32,000 bases of DNA from Candidatus Minimicrobia sp. QA0096 (lineage in GTDB: Bacteria > Patescibacteriota > Saccharimonadia > Saccharimonadales > Saccharimonadaceae): contig NZ_OZ017288.1 of NCBI RefSeq assembly GCF_963967315.1, forward strand, positions 360,001-392,000, written 5' to 3'. Each line of letters starts with the position of its first letter. Position 1 is the first letter of the stretch. A program made the translations under genes and the position numbers. Positions 1-6,929 of this stretch are shown here, piece after piece. The notes under the pieces are model-generated. The model searched no databases. It worked only from the letters and a program-made list of their open reading frames with translations, and was not told the origin of the DNA.

Positions 1-5
1 TTATG

Positions 6-14
6 TGATATACT
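6..14 (+). promoter_or_regulatory. extended -10 box TGaTATACT, 6 nt before the response-regulator ATG
   Basis: Read directly. No SD fits in the 6-nt gap. Confidence 0.5.
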
Positions 15-20
15 TAAAGC

Positions 21-392
21 ATGATAAAAATCGCTATCATTGAAGACGACCCTACCATCAGCCAGATGTACCGAATGAAGTTCGAATCGGACGGGTTTGA
101 CGTTCGCTTGGCCGCCAACGGACAAATCGGCATAGAAGTAGTCGAAAAGTTTCAGCCAGATATTATTTTGCTAGATTTACAAATGCCAGAAATGGACGGC
201 GCGGAAGCCTTAAAGCGAATTAGGTCTAAAGATTGGGGCAAAACTATTCCCGTTATCGTCCTCACTAATCTCGGCGAAGAAGAAGCTCCGCGCGATTTGA
301 AGAAATTAGGAATTCATAGCTACATCGTAAAAGCAAACCTCACGCCGCGCCAAGTTGTCGAGCAAGTCAAAGCCGCCATAAAAGCTGCTTAG
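21..392 (+). CDS. stand-alone response-regulator receiver (CheY-like REC) protein
   Basis: 123 aa. REC hallmarks are present: EDD near the N-terminus, the phospho-acceptor Asp in IILLDLQMP, Thr in VIVLTN and Lys in YIVKA. There is no output domain. The stop overlaps the convergent folD stop by 4 nt. Confidence 0.9.
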   Translation: MIKIAIIEDDPTISQMYRMKFESDGFDVRLAANGQIGIEVVEKFQPDIILLDLQMPEMDGAEALKRIRSKDWGKTIPVIVLTNLGEEEAPRDLKKLGIHSYIVKANLTPRQVVEQVKAAIKAA

Positions 393-1201
393 TTTTTTGA
401 TTGATTCGCAATTTTCAAACAAGCCGTAATTACATTATCAAACAGCGCAGAAACCGTTAATGGACCGACTCCGCCTTTTTTTGGTGTAATAATTACATCA
501 TTACGCTGACGCACTTCTTCAGATACGTCGCCAACAATTTTTCCATTTTCCGAAGCAGTTCCCGCGTCAATAACAACCGCCTTAGTCTTAATCATCTGAC
601 TTTTAATCAGCCCTGGAACTCCAGTTGCCGACACGATAATATCGTAATTTATCAATTGAGATAAATCGTCACCTTTTTCAAAAACCGTCACATCAACGCC
701 AGACTTTAGCCACATTTTCTCAAGAGGCGCACCAACCAAACGGCCTCGCCCGACAATTGCGACTTTTTTATTTTTCAAGTCAACGCCATATCCAGCTAGC
801 AGCCAACTAATAGCCGTTGGCGTGGCTGCCTGAAAAATCGCCCTCTTGCGCAGACCGTCAACATCTTTATCTTCTCGAATACTCTCGAGTAGTTCCTCAG
901 TCTGACCAGGATTACTAATCGGCAATTGCAGAATTATTCCTTGAACATCGTCTCGATTGTTCAATTCTTGAATCACCTCCAAAGCACCGCCCGCAGGGAC
1001 TCGATGAATCTCCACGTCAATCAAAATATCAGCGCCATACCTCTGCTTCAAACGCATATACGTTTCAATGACTGGATTTTCGACATCAGTAACAATTGCC
1101 AAACGAGGATTAATGTGCCAAGCCTGCCTTAAAGCTCGCACCTGTTTCGCCTGGCGCTCCTTGATAAATCCAGCTAATTCTGAGCCATTTAGTTCTCTCA
1201 T
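389..1201 (-). CDS. folD: bifunctional methylenetetrahydrofolate dehydrogenase/cyclohydrolase FolD
   Basis: The protein matches the FolD family over its whole length (ELAGFIKERQ..., GRGRLVGAPL Rossmann loop, PKKGGVGPLTVSAL C-terminal motif). The ORF is open to 1228, but the Met at 1201 (MRELNGSEL...) fits family N-termini and lies 8 nt downstream of a TGcTATACT box. Confidence 0.9.
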   Translation of the reverse strand: MRELNGSELAGFIKERQAKQVRALRQAWHINPRLAIVTDVENPVIETYMRLKQRYGADILIDVEIHRVPAGGALEVIQELNNRDDVQGIILQLPISNPGQTEELLESIREDKDVDGLRKRAIFQAATPTAISWLLAGYGVDLKNKKVAIVGRGRLVGAPLEKMWLKSGVDVTVFEKGDDLSQLINYDIIVSATGVPGLIKSQMIKTKAVVIDAGTASENGKIVGDVSEEVRQRNDVIITPKKGGVGPLTVSALFDNVITACLKIANQSKN

Positions 1202-1209
1202 TGTCATTA

Positions 1210-1218
1210 AGTATAGCA
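1210..1218 (-). promoter_or_regulatory. extended -10 box TGcTATACT, 8 nt before folD ATG 1201
   Basis: Reverse strand reads TTGCTATACTTAATGACAATGAGA. Confidence 0.45.
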
Positions 1219-1229
1219 ATTTTACCATC

Positions 1230-1258
1230 TTGAGTACAGATATAGTATGTGCTATAAT
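1230..1258 (+). promoter_or_regulatory. tRNA-His promoter: -35 TTGAGT, 17-nt spacer, TGcTATAAT
   Basis: Hexamers at 1230-1235 and 1253-1258, with TG at 1250-1251. The tRNA starts 18 nt after the -10 box. Confidence 0.6.
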
Positions 1259-1276
1259 TTGAAAAGCTTGGTTTAT

Positions 1277-1355
1277 GGCGGATGTAGCTCAGTTTGGTTA
1301 GAGCGCTGGATTGTGGCTCCGGAGGCCGTGGGTTCGAACCCCATCATTCGCCCCA
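1277..1355 (+). tRNA. tRNA-His (anticodon GTG) with encoded G-1 and encoded CCA
   Basis: Hand-folded cloverleaf: acceptor GCGGATG/CATTCGC, D arm GCTC/GAGC, anticodon stem CTGGA/TCCGG with loop TTGTGGC, T arm GTGGG-TTCGAAC-CCCAT. An extra 5' G at 1277 opposes discriminator C, which is the His identity element. Confidence 0.9.
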
Positions 1356-1404
1356 AGTTTTACAACAATTTATTCACACCGATAAATTATTTTCAATAAA
1401 ACGG

Positions 1405-1432
1405 TAGACATTTTTATTAATTGTTGTATAAT
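1405..1432 (+). promoter_or_regulatory. tRNA-Lys promoter: -35 TAGACA, 16-nt spacer, -10 TATAAT
   Basis: The -10 box ends 8 nt before the mature tRNA 5' end. Confidence 0.5.
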
Positions 1433-1440
1433 GAAATCGT

Positions 1441-1517
1441 GGGCCAGTAGCTCAGCTGGTTAGAGCACCTGCCTCTTAAGCAGGGTGTCGAGGGTTCGAG
1501 CCCCTCCTGGCCCTCCA
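1441..1517 (+). tRNA. tRNA-Lys (anticodon CTT), CCA encoded
   Basis: Acceptor GGGCCAG/CTGGCCC, anticodon stem CCTGC/GCAGG with loop CTCTTAA, T arm GAGGG-TTCGAGC-CCCTC. Confidence 0.92.
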
Positions 1518-1553
1518 AAAAATAACCTCACACGAAGTGAGGATTTTTTATTT
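1517..1553. terminator. bidirectional intrinsic terminator
   Basis: Stem CCTCAC/GTGAGG with loop ACGAA, flanked by an A-run on one side and a T-run on the other. It lies between tRNA-Lys (plus strand) and the 136-aa ORF (minus strand). Confidence 0.7.
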
Positions 1554-1962
1554 ATCCAAACGGATTATATCCACGAGAAGGTGGTTCATGAAAAGTAGTT
1601 CGATTAGCGTTAAACGATTGACGAGAGTTATTCGCACCTGACGGAACACTGTTATTTTGTAGACCATTGACTCGTCGATTCCCGCCAGACAGACCAGCGT
1701 CATCAGGATTGTTGTTAGCGACTCTCGACCGAGGCGCTACACTTATTTCCGCACCAAATCGTCTTCGATTGTCATAATTATTGGCAGATATCGAAGATCC
1801 GTATCCTTTAATATATCGGCGCTCCGAATTCACGCTACGATTAGCGGTCGGCATTCTGCCCGTATCTCCATACGCTTTAAAACCATCAATTGATCTTCTT
1901 AAGGAGCCAGATAACCTAATCATCATTTCCCGCGTCATTTGCGGTTTTTTATTCGCATCCAT
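1552..1962 (-). CDS. hypothetical Arg/Asn/Ser/Gly-rich, probably disordered basic protein
   Basis: 136-aa ORF with no TM segment or signal peptide. A GGGGG Shine-Dalgarno-like run lies 4 nt before the ATG. The ORF starts 24 nt after tRNA-Arg(TCT) and ends in the 1517-1553 hairpin. I recognise no family. Confidence 0.45.
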   Translation of the reverse strand: MDANKKPQMTREMMIRLSGSLRRSIDGFKAYGDTGRMPTANRSVNSERRYIKGYGSSISANNYDNRRRFGAEISVAPRSRVANNNPDDAGLSGGNRRVNGLQNNSVPSGANNSRQSFNANRTTFHEPPSRGYNPFG

Positions 1963-1986
1963 ATATCCCCCATTAGTTATATGAAA

Positions 1987-2063
1987 TGGCGCCCCGAGTA
2001 GGATTCGAACCTACGACCTTAGGCTTAGAAGTCCTCTGCTCTATCCAACTGAGCTATCAGGGC
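1987..2063 (-). tRNA. tRNA-Arg (anticodon TCT), CCA encoded
   Basis: On the reverse strand: acceptor GCCCTGA/TCGGGGC, D arm GCTC/GAGC, anticodon loop CTTCTAA, T arm GTAGG-TTCGAAT-CCTAC. The anticodon stem GAGGA/GCCTA has only 3 Watson-Crick pairs (G27.A43 and A31.G39 mismatches). Confidence 0.78.
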
Positions 2064-2066
2064 GTA

Positions 2067-2095
2067 TTCACATTATAACATCTTTCTGCTACAAT
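2067..2095 (+). promoter_or_regulatory. tRNA-Gly promoter: -35 TTCACA, 17-nt spacer, TGcTACAAT
   Basis: Hexamers at 2067-2072 and 2090-2095. Confidence 0.6.
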
Positions 2096-2100
2096 AGTAA
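2072..2100 (-). promoter_or_regulatory. tRNA-Arg(TCT) promoter: -35 TTACTA, 17-nt spacer, TGtTATAAT
   Basis: Reverse-strand hexamers at 2095-2100 and 2072-2077. The -10 box ends 8 nt before the tRNA 5' end. Confidence 0.6.
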
Positions 2101-2106
2101 AAGCTT

Positions 2107-2181
2107 GCGGGTGTAGTACAGCGGTTAGTATGCAAGTTTTCCAAACTTGAGATGGGAGTTCGATTCTCCCCACCCGCACCA
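2107..2181 (+). tRNA. tRNA-Gly (anticodon TCC), CCA encoded
   Basis: Acceptor GCGGGTG/CACCCGC, anticodon stem CAAGT/ACTTG with loop TTTCCAA, T arm GGGAG-TTCGATT-CTCCC. Confidence 0.92.
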
Positions 2182-2213
2182 AGTTTGACAATTTCAATCC
2201 ATAAAGGGCATCG

Positions 2214-4019
2214 ATGGATCCATATATTTATACAGAAAAGCCAAAATACCAGCCGCATGATATTGAAGATGCGTCCGAATTTTATGATGTAATTGAACGA
2301 AGCAGCTTAACGCATCAATTGTCTGAAAACCGACCATATGTCTATTGGACGATGGAGATTTATGATAAATCCAATGGTATTAAAGGCGGCGGCGGACTTG
2401 GAGTTTTAGCGGCGGACACGCGACGTGTAGCTGAAAAATTAGAAGTTCCATTCGTAGTAGTAGCACCGTTTTACCGTAGCGAATCACACCAGAAAATCAC
2501 CGACCTCGCACAAGAAGAGTTTTCGGAATCCGTTTCACCTCAAGATTACGGATTTGAATATATTGACGAAGTTTTCGTAAGTTCAAATGGATTCCCAGAT
2601 GCAAGCTTAAGCATTTTTAAGAAGACGCTCGGTTCAACACAATTTGTTACAATTTCAGAACCGAACTTTGGACAATTGTACGAAGGCGACGGATCTGGCG
2701 ATCATAGACTATACCAAGAAGTAGCGCTGGGATTTGGCGGCTATAAAGCATTAAAGCTCCTCGGTATTAAGCCGGCTGTTATTCAACTTAATGAGACCGC
2801 AACGATTTTTGCTGCATTGGCACGACTAGACGAGCTGTGCGCTAACGGAATGAATTTATACGAAGCCATCGTTTACGTTCGCAAGCACACACTTTATACA
2901 AACCATACGCTTCTTCAAGCGGCCGAACCGGAATTTCATCGTTCGCAATTTGAAAAATTAGTTCTGCCAAATATAAAGAGCAACGCCGTACGTTGCTGGC
3001 TAATGGAACAATTTCGCAACGACAGACTGAGGCCGAATCTTTTGGCAATTGAACTTACTGAAGCGAAGAATGGTGTAAGTAAACTACACGCCCGTGTAGC
3101 AAATTTCCGCGACCGCAACAACGACAAAGTTAAATTTCAAGCCATTACTAATGGAATAGATCTCGAAACGTGGATGCTACCTGAAACATTGCAAACATAT
3201 CGCAATCATGGCATTATCGATAAATTTGGGCTGCCCACAAATGATTTTTCTGAAAAATTAGACTCGTTGAGTAGTGCGGATTTGAGGTATTTGAAAAAAC
3301 TCGGTCGAAAGGAGTTGAATCGAGTCCTATTGAGTCGCAAAGATCAGTACGGAAAATCCATACAAATCCCAGAAAATGCAATATTATTCGACTTCAAGCG
3401 AAGATTCGCCAATTACAAACGACCTTATATGCCGTTTGAAAACCCAGATTCATTACGACAAATTCTCATTAGCCATAACGCGCATTATATTCTGACAGGA
3501 AAAGTTCACCAAGGTGACGTGACGATGTATCAGAAATTGCTCGAAGTATTAAAATTGATTGACAACGATCCAGTCCTCAAGGAGCGTGTTCATTACATAC
3601 AAGATTACGATGAAGAGTTGGGGCGAGCGTTAGCAATCGGCTCAGATGCCTCGATAAATATTCCTATTGTCGGATTAGAAGCGTGCGGCACTTCATGGGA
3701 GAAAGACGTCGCCAACTTGAAACTCCTCATCTCCACTAGTGACGGCGGCGTTGCTGATGTCCAGCCAATCGCTTGCCTCGAGGTTACCGGGAGAAACTAC
3801 GAAGCCGAAGTTTCATCTCTGTACGTCAACATGCATAAAGCTGCCGCTATTTTGAAAAATGATCAATTATTGGAAAAACATGTTCGCCACCAATTAAGCA
3901 ACTATTTGCCAATTATCTCTGGCGCTCGAATGATGAAAGATTATCTCAAATTTATTTTTCCAAAACCGCAAATCCAGCCTAAAAAAGAACCACAGATCAA
4001 GCGAATTCCTATTCAATAA
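2214..4019 (+). CDS. glgP: alpha-glucan (glycogen/maltodextrin) phosphorylase family protein, GT35, short and divergent
   Basis: 601 aa. GT35 motifs appear in the correct order: GGGGLGVLAAD, YTNHTLLQAAEPEF, NGVSKLHA, ITNGI, FDFKRRFANYKR, TGKVHQGD, and EACGTSWEK (the PLP-lysine position). An AAGGG SD lies 6 nt before the ATG. Confidence 0.75.
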   Translation: MDPYIYTEKPKYQPHDIEDASEFYDVIERSSLTHQLSENRPYVYWTMEIYDKSNGIKGGGGLGVLAADTRRVAEKLEVPFVVVAPFYRSESHQKITDLAQEEFSESVSPQDYGFEYIDEVFVSSNGFPDASLSIFKKTLGSTQFVTISEPNFGQLYEGDGSGDHRLYQEVALGFGGYKALKLLGIKPAVIQLNETATIFAALARLDELCANGMNLYEAIVYVRKHTLYTNHTLLQAAEPEFHRSQFEKLVLPNIKSNAVRCWLMEQFRNDRLRPNLLAIELTEAKNGVSKLHARVANFRDRNNDKVKFQAITNGIDLETWMLPETLQTYRNHGIIDKFGLPTNDFSEKLDSLSSADLRYLKKLGRKELNRVLLSRKDQYGKSIQIPENAILFDFKRRFANYKRPYMPFENPDSLRQILISHNAHYILTGKVHQGDVTMYQKLLEVLKLIDNDPVLKERVHYIQDYDEELGRALAIGSDASINIPIVGLEACGTSWEKDVANLKLLISTSDGGVADVQPIACLEVTGRNYEAEVSSLYVNMHKAAAILKNDQLLEKHVRHQLSNYLPIISGARMMKDYLKFIFPKPQIQPKKEPQIKRIPIQ

Positions 4020-5532
4020 TCACTTCAATCTCAGCACCTAACGAGTTTAAGCGTGTCGCCAATTCCTCGTATCCGCGATTAATCGAATATACATCGCGCA
4101 GAATCGACACACCTGGAGCAGCAAGCATTGCCAAAAGTATCACAACGGACGGACGAAGCGCTGGCGGAGCAACAACGTCGGCCGGCTTCCATCTTGTTGG
4201 ACCAGTGATATAAACACGGTGTGGGTCAACCAGTTCAATTTGTGCATTTAGTTTACTGAGCTCTGTAAAGTAAATTGCTCGGTTCTCGTAACTCCAGTCG
4301 TGAACCAACGTGCGTCCCTCAGCTACCGTCGCAATAAGCCCCAAGAACGGCAAATTGTCCATATTAATTCCCGGGAACGGCAAGGCGTGTAGCTTATCCT
4401 TGGCTGCCTGGAGTTTGGAACGCCGCAATTTAATATCAACCAAACGAGTTTGTCCATTATTAGCAAAATATTCCTTGCTGAGTTCAAATTTAAGACCCAT
4501 CTCCGCCAATGTCGCTAATTCAATTTCCAAGAACTCAATCGGCGCACGACGAACAGTAATTTCCGAATCCGTCACTGCAGCCGCCGCAATAAAACTCATC
4601 GCTTCAATCGGATCTTCGCTCGGATAATAGTCCAGATTTTTACTAATTCGTTTACGACCCGTGATTTTCAAGGTTGTCGTACCAATTCCCTCAATTTTCA
4701 CACCCAACTTCTTCAAGAAGAAGCAGACGTCTTGAACCATGTAATTTGGGCTAGCGTTGCGGATGATGGTAGTGTTTGGCGACAACGCCGCAGCCATAAT
4801 GATATTTTCCGTCACCGTATCGCCGCGCTCCGTCAGCAAAATCGTTCGATCGCCAGAATTGACATCAGTTTTTGCGTGATAATAATCAGTTTCCGCCGTA
4901 ACGTTCATTCCAAAATGTCTCAAACCACTAAGATGCGGCTCGACCGTGCGCTTGCCTAAATTACAGCCGCCAGCAAACGGCAATTTGAAATCGTCATATT
5001 GATGCAGTAGCGGACCAAGGAACATAATTACCGTCCTAGTTCTCTTCGCCGCAGCAATATCCATATCTTCAAGTTTCAAGCGCGCTGGCGGCACGATCTC
5101 AAGATCACTACCGTCCAACCAGCGAGTTTTAACACCAATCGAATTCAAAACCTCGATAATTCGGTTGACCTCCTCAATTCGCGCCACTTTCCTAAGCGTC
5201 GTTTTTCCCTTATTCAACAAACTCGCACAAAGAAGACCTACTGCAGCGTTTTTACTAGTCTTAACTTGTATCTCACCAGACAATTTTTTGCCGCCAGTGA
5301 CCTTAAAATTCATTTTTCCGGAATGATTTACGGTTACGATATTGTTATTAAGCACCTCGCTAATTCGAGCGATCATATCAATACTAATATTCTGACCTCC
5401 GTTTTCAATGCGATTAATAGCACTCTGAGATGTACCAATTGCTTCAGCCAACTGAGTCTGAGTTAGCCCCTGTTTTTGACGATTTTCAGCGATTAAATTG
5501 CCGATTTTTTGAAGATACTTGTCTTTTATCAT
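4009..5532 (-). CDS. murA: XRE-type helix-turn-helix domain fused to UDP-N-acetylglucosamine 1-carboxyvinyltransferase (MurA)
   Basis: 507 aa. Residues ~8-66 form an XRE HTH (GLTQTQLAEAIGTSQSAINRIENG). From Met74 the sequence is MurA-like: TSKNAAV (the Lys22 region), AGGCNLGKRTVEPH (catalytic Cys and Arg), and NRGYEELATRLNSLGAEIE at the C-terminus. No stop separates the two parts. Confidence 0.85.
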   Translation of the reverse strand: MIKDKYLQKIGNLIAENRQKQGLTQTQLAEAIGTSQSAINRIENGGQNISIDMIARISEVLNNNIVTVNHSGKMNFKVTGGKKLSGEIQVKTSKNAAVGLLCASLLNKGKTTLRKVARIEEVNRIIEVLNSIGVKTRWLDGSDLEIVPPARLKLEDMDIAAAKRTRTVIMFLGPLLHQYDDFKLPFAGGCNLGKRTVEPHLSGLRHFGMNVTAETDYYHAKTDVNSGDRTILLTERGDTVTENIIMAAALSPNTTIIRNASPNYMVQDVCFFLKKLGVKIEGIGTTTLKITGRKRISKNLDYYPSEDPIEAMSFIAAAAVTDSEITVRRAPIEFLEIELATLAEMGLKFELSKEYFANNGQTRLVDIKLRRSKLQAAKDKLHALPFPGINMDNLPFLGLIATVAEGRTLVHDWSYENRAIYFTELSKLNAQIELVDPHRVYITGPTRWKPADVVAPPALRPSVVILLAMLAAPGVSILRDVYSINRGYEELATRLNSLGAEIEVIIE

Positions 5533-5538
5533 GCGTAA

Positions 5539-5547
5539 ATTATATCA
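5539..5547 (-). promoter_or_regulatory. extended -10 box TGaTATAAT, 6 nt before the HTH-murA ATG
   Basis: Reverse strand reads TTAGTGATATAATTTACGCATG. Confidence 0.55.
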
Positions 5548-5558
5548 CTAATGATATA
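5541..5558. promoter_or_regulatory. perfect 7-4-7 inverted repeat TATATCA-CTAA-TGATATA (candidate operator)
   Basis: Read directly. It overlaps the HTH-murA -10 box. A third TGATATA copy at 5568-5574 lies in the glyA -10 box. Confidence 0.35.
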
Positions 5559-5567
5559 TATAAGCAA

Positions 5568-5576
5568 TGATATAAT
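5568..5576 (+). promoter_or_regulatory. glyA promoter, extended -10 box TGaTATAAT
   Basis: Followed by the GGAGG SD (5587-5591) and ATG 5599, giving a predicted leader of about 16 nt. Confidence 0.55.
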
Positions 5577-5598
5577 AAGTATTAACGGAGGTTTAGTC

Positions 5599-6867
5599 AT
5601 GAAAGACAAGCAAATTGAAGAACTTATAAAAGCAGAAAAAAAGCGTCAAACGGACGGCCTGGAACTAATTCCTAGCGAGAATTACGTTTCGTCAGATGTA
5701 CTTCAGGCGCTCGGTAGTGTTTTCACTAATAAATATTCAGAAGGCTATCCTGGTCGACGCTATTACGGTGGACAAGAAAACACCGATCAAGTCGAACAAC
5801 TGGCGATTGACCGCGCTAAGAAACTTTTCAAAGCAGATCACGCTAACGTCCAGCCACATTCTGGCGCACAGGCTAATGAGGCGGTTTATTACGCTTGGTG
5901 CGAGCCTGGCGACACTATTCTGGCTATGGATTTGGCTCACGGCGGACATCTTACGCACGGCGCCCCAGTTACTCGTAGCGCCAGAGAGTATAACTTCATT
6001 CGCTATGGCATAAAAAATATCGACACTGGCGAAATTGACTATGAAGAAATTCGTCAATTAGCCTTAAAACACAAACCAAAGATCATTCTGGCGGGATTTT
6101 CGGCATATCCACGAGAGTTAGATTACGAAAAATTTGCCGAAATTGGCAATGAAGTCGGCGCCATGCTAATGGCAGATATGAGCCATATTGCGGGGCTAAT
6201 CGTTAGTGGTGTTGCCAAAAACCCGTTCGATTACGGTTTTCACGTAATTACCACAACAACTCATAAAACTCTACGTGGACCACGAGGCGGGTTGATTCTT
6301 AGTCGAGGAATAGTTGGCAATCCATTGAAAAAACCAGAGAAAACTCTCGAGAATTTACCTACGTTGATTGATCGAGCGGTATTCCCTGGCACGCAAGGCG
6401 GACCACACATGCACACCATCGCTGCAAAAGCCGTAGCGTTCGGTGAAGCTTTGCAGTCAGAATTCAAAGATTACGCCGAGCAAATTGTCAAAAATGCAAA
6501 AAGACTGGCGGAAGAGTTGCAAAAGCGTGGCTTTAAGTTAGTAACTGGCGGCACCAGTAACCATTTGATTCTGGCAGATATTCACAGTAGCTTCGGCATT
6601 GATGGCAAGGAAGCGGAAATCGCCATGGATAAAATTGGTCTGACACTGAATGCCAATGCGATTCCAGACGACCCACTACCAAGATTTAGGCCAAGCGGTA
6701 TTCGCTTAGGCACGCCAGCCGTCACGACGCGAGGCGCCGAAGAAGACGACATGGAAAAAATCGCAGAATGGATGAGGCGGTCAATAGATAATCGCGACAA
6801 TAACGAAATGTTGGCTGAACTCCGTAAAGAAGTTATGGAATTCTGCCATACTCTACGCGATATTTAA
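5599..6867 (+). CDS. glyA: serine hydroxymethyltransferase GlyA
   Basis: Family-wide similarity ([35 protein letters not shown] with the PLP lysine). The ORF is open from 5551, but GGAGG at 5587-5591 lies 7 nt before the ATG at 5599 (MKDKQIEEL...). Confidence 0.93.
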   Translation: MKDKQIEELIKAEKKRQTDGLELIPSENYVSSDVLQALGSVFTNKYSEGYPGRRYYGGQENTDQVEQLAIDRAKKLFKADHANVQPHSGAQANEAVYYAWCEPGDTILAMDLAHGGHLTHGAPVTRSAREYNFIRYGIKNIDTGEIDYEEIRQLALKHKPKIILAGFSAYPRELDYEKFAEIGNEVGAMLMADMSHIAGLIVSGVAKNPFDYGFHVITTTTHKTLRGPRGGLILSRGIVGNPLKKPEKTLENLPTLIDRAVFPGTQGGPHMHTIAAKAVAFGEALQSEFKDYAEQIVKNAKRLAEELQKRGFKLVTGGTSNHLILADIHSSFGIDGKEAEIAMDKIGLTLNANAIPDDPLPRFRPSGIRLGTPAVTTRGAEEDDMEKIAEWMRRSIDNRDNNEMLAELRKEVMEFCHTLRDI

Positions 6868-6882
6868 TGTAAATCCGCACAT

Positions 6883-6914
6883 AAAAAAACTCTGGCTTAA
6901 TGCCAGAGTTTTTT
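6883..6914. terminator. bidirectional intrinsic terminator between glyA and pilA
   Basis: A7 run, stem CTCTGGC/GCCAGAG with loop TTAAT, then a T6 run. Confidence 0.8.
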
Positions 6915-6929
6915 ATTACCTATACCGAA

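Noticed and set aside
1277-2181. The four-tRNA cluster as a possible integration hotspot or genomic island border
   Set aside because: I found no integrase, recombinase or phage genes nearby, no duplicated tRNA 3' half that would mark an att site, and the flanking genes are housekeeping.
2073-2258. 61-aa minus-strand ORF
   Set aside because: It runs straight through tRNA-Gly(TCC) and the tRNA promoter region, so it is a chance ORF.
5551-5598. N-terminal extensions offered by the ORF track: glyA from 5551, Clp-like from 14823, membrane protein from 15158, first minor pilin from TTG 11038, pilW-like from 10150, folD from 1228
   Set aside because: In each case a downstream start matches the family N-terminus or leader-peptide length and has either an SD or the recurrent -10 box at 6-8 nt. 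The extensions would also overlap promoters or neighbouring genes.
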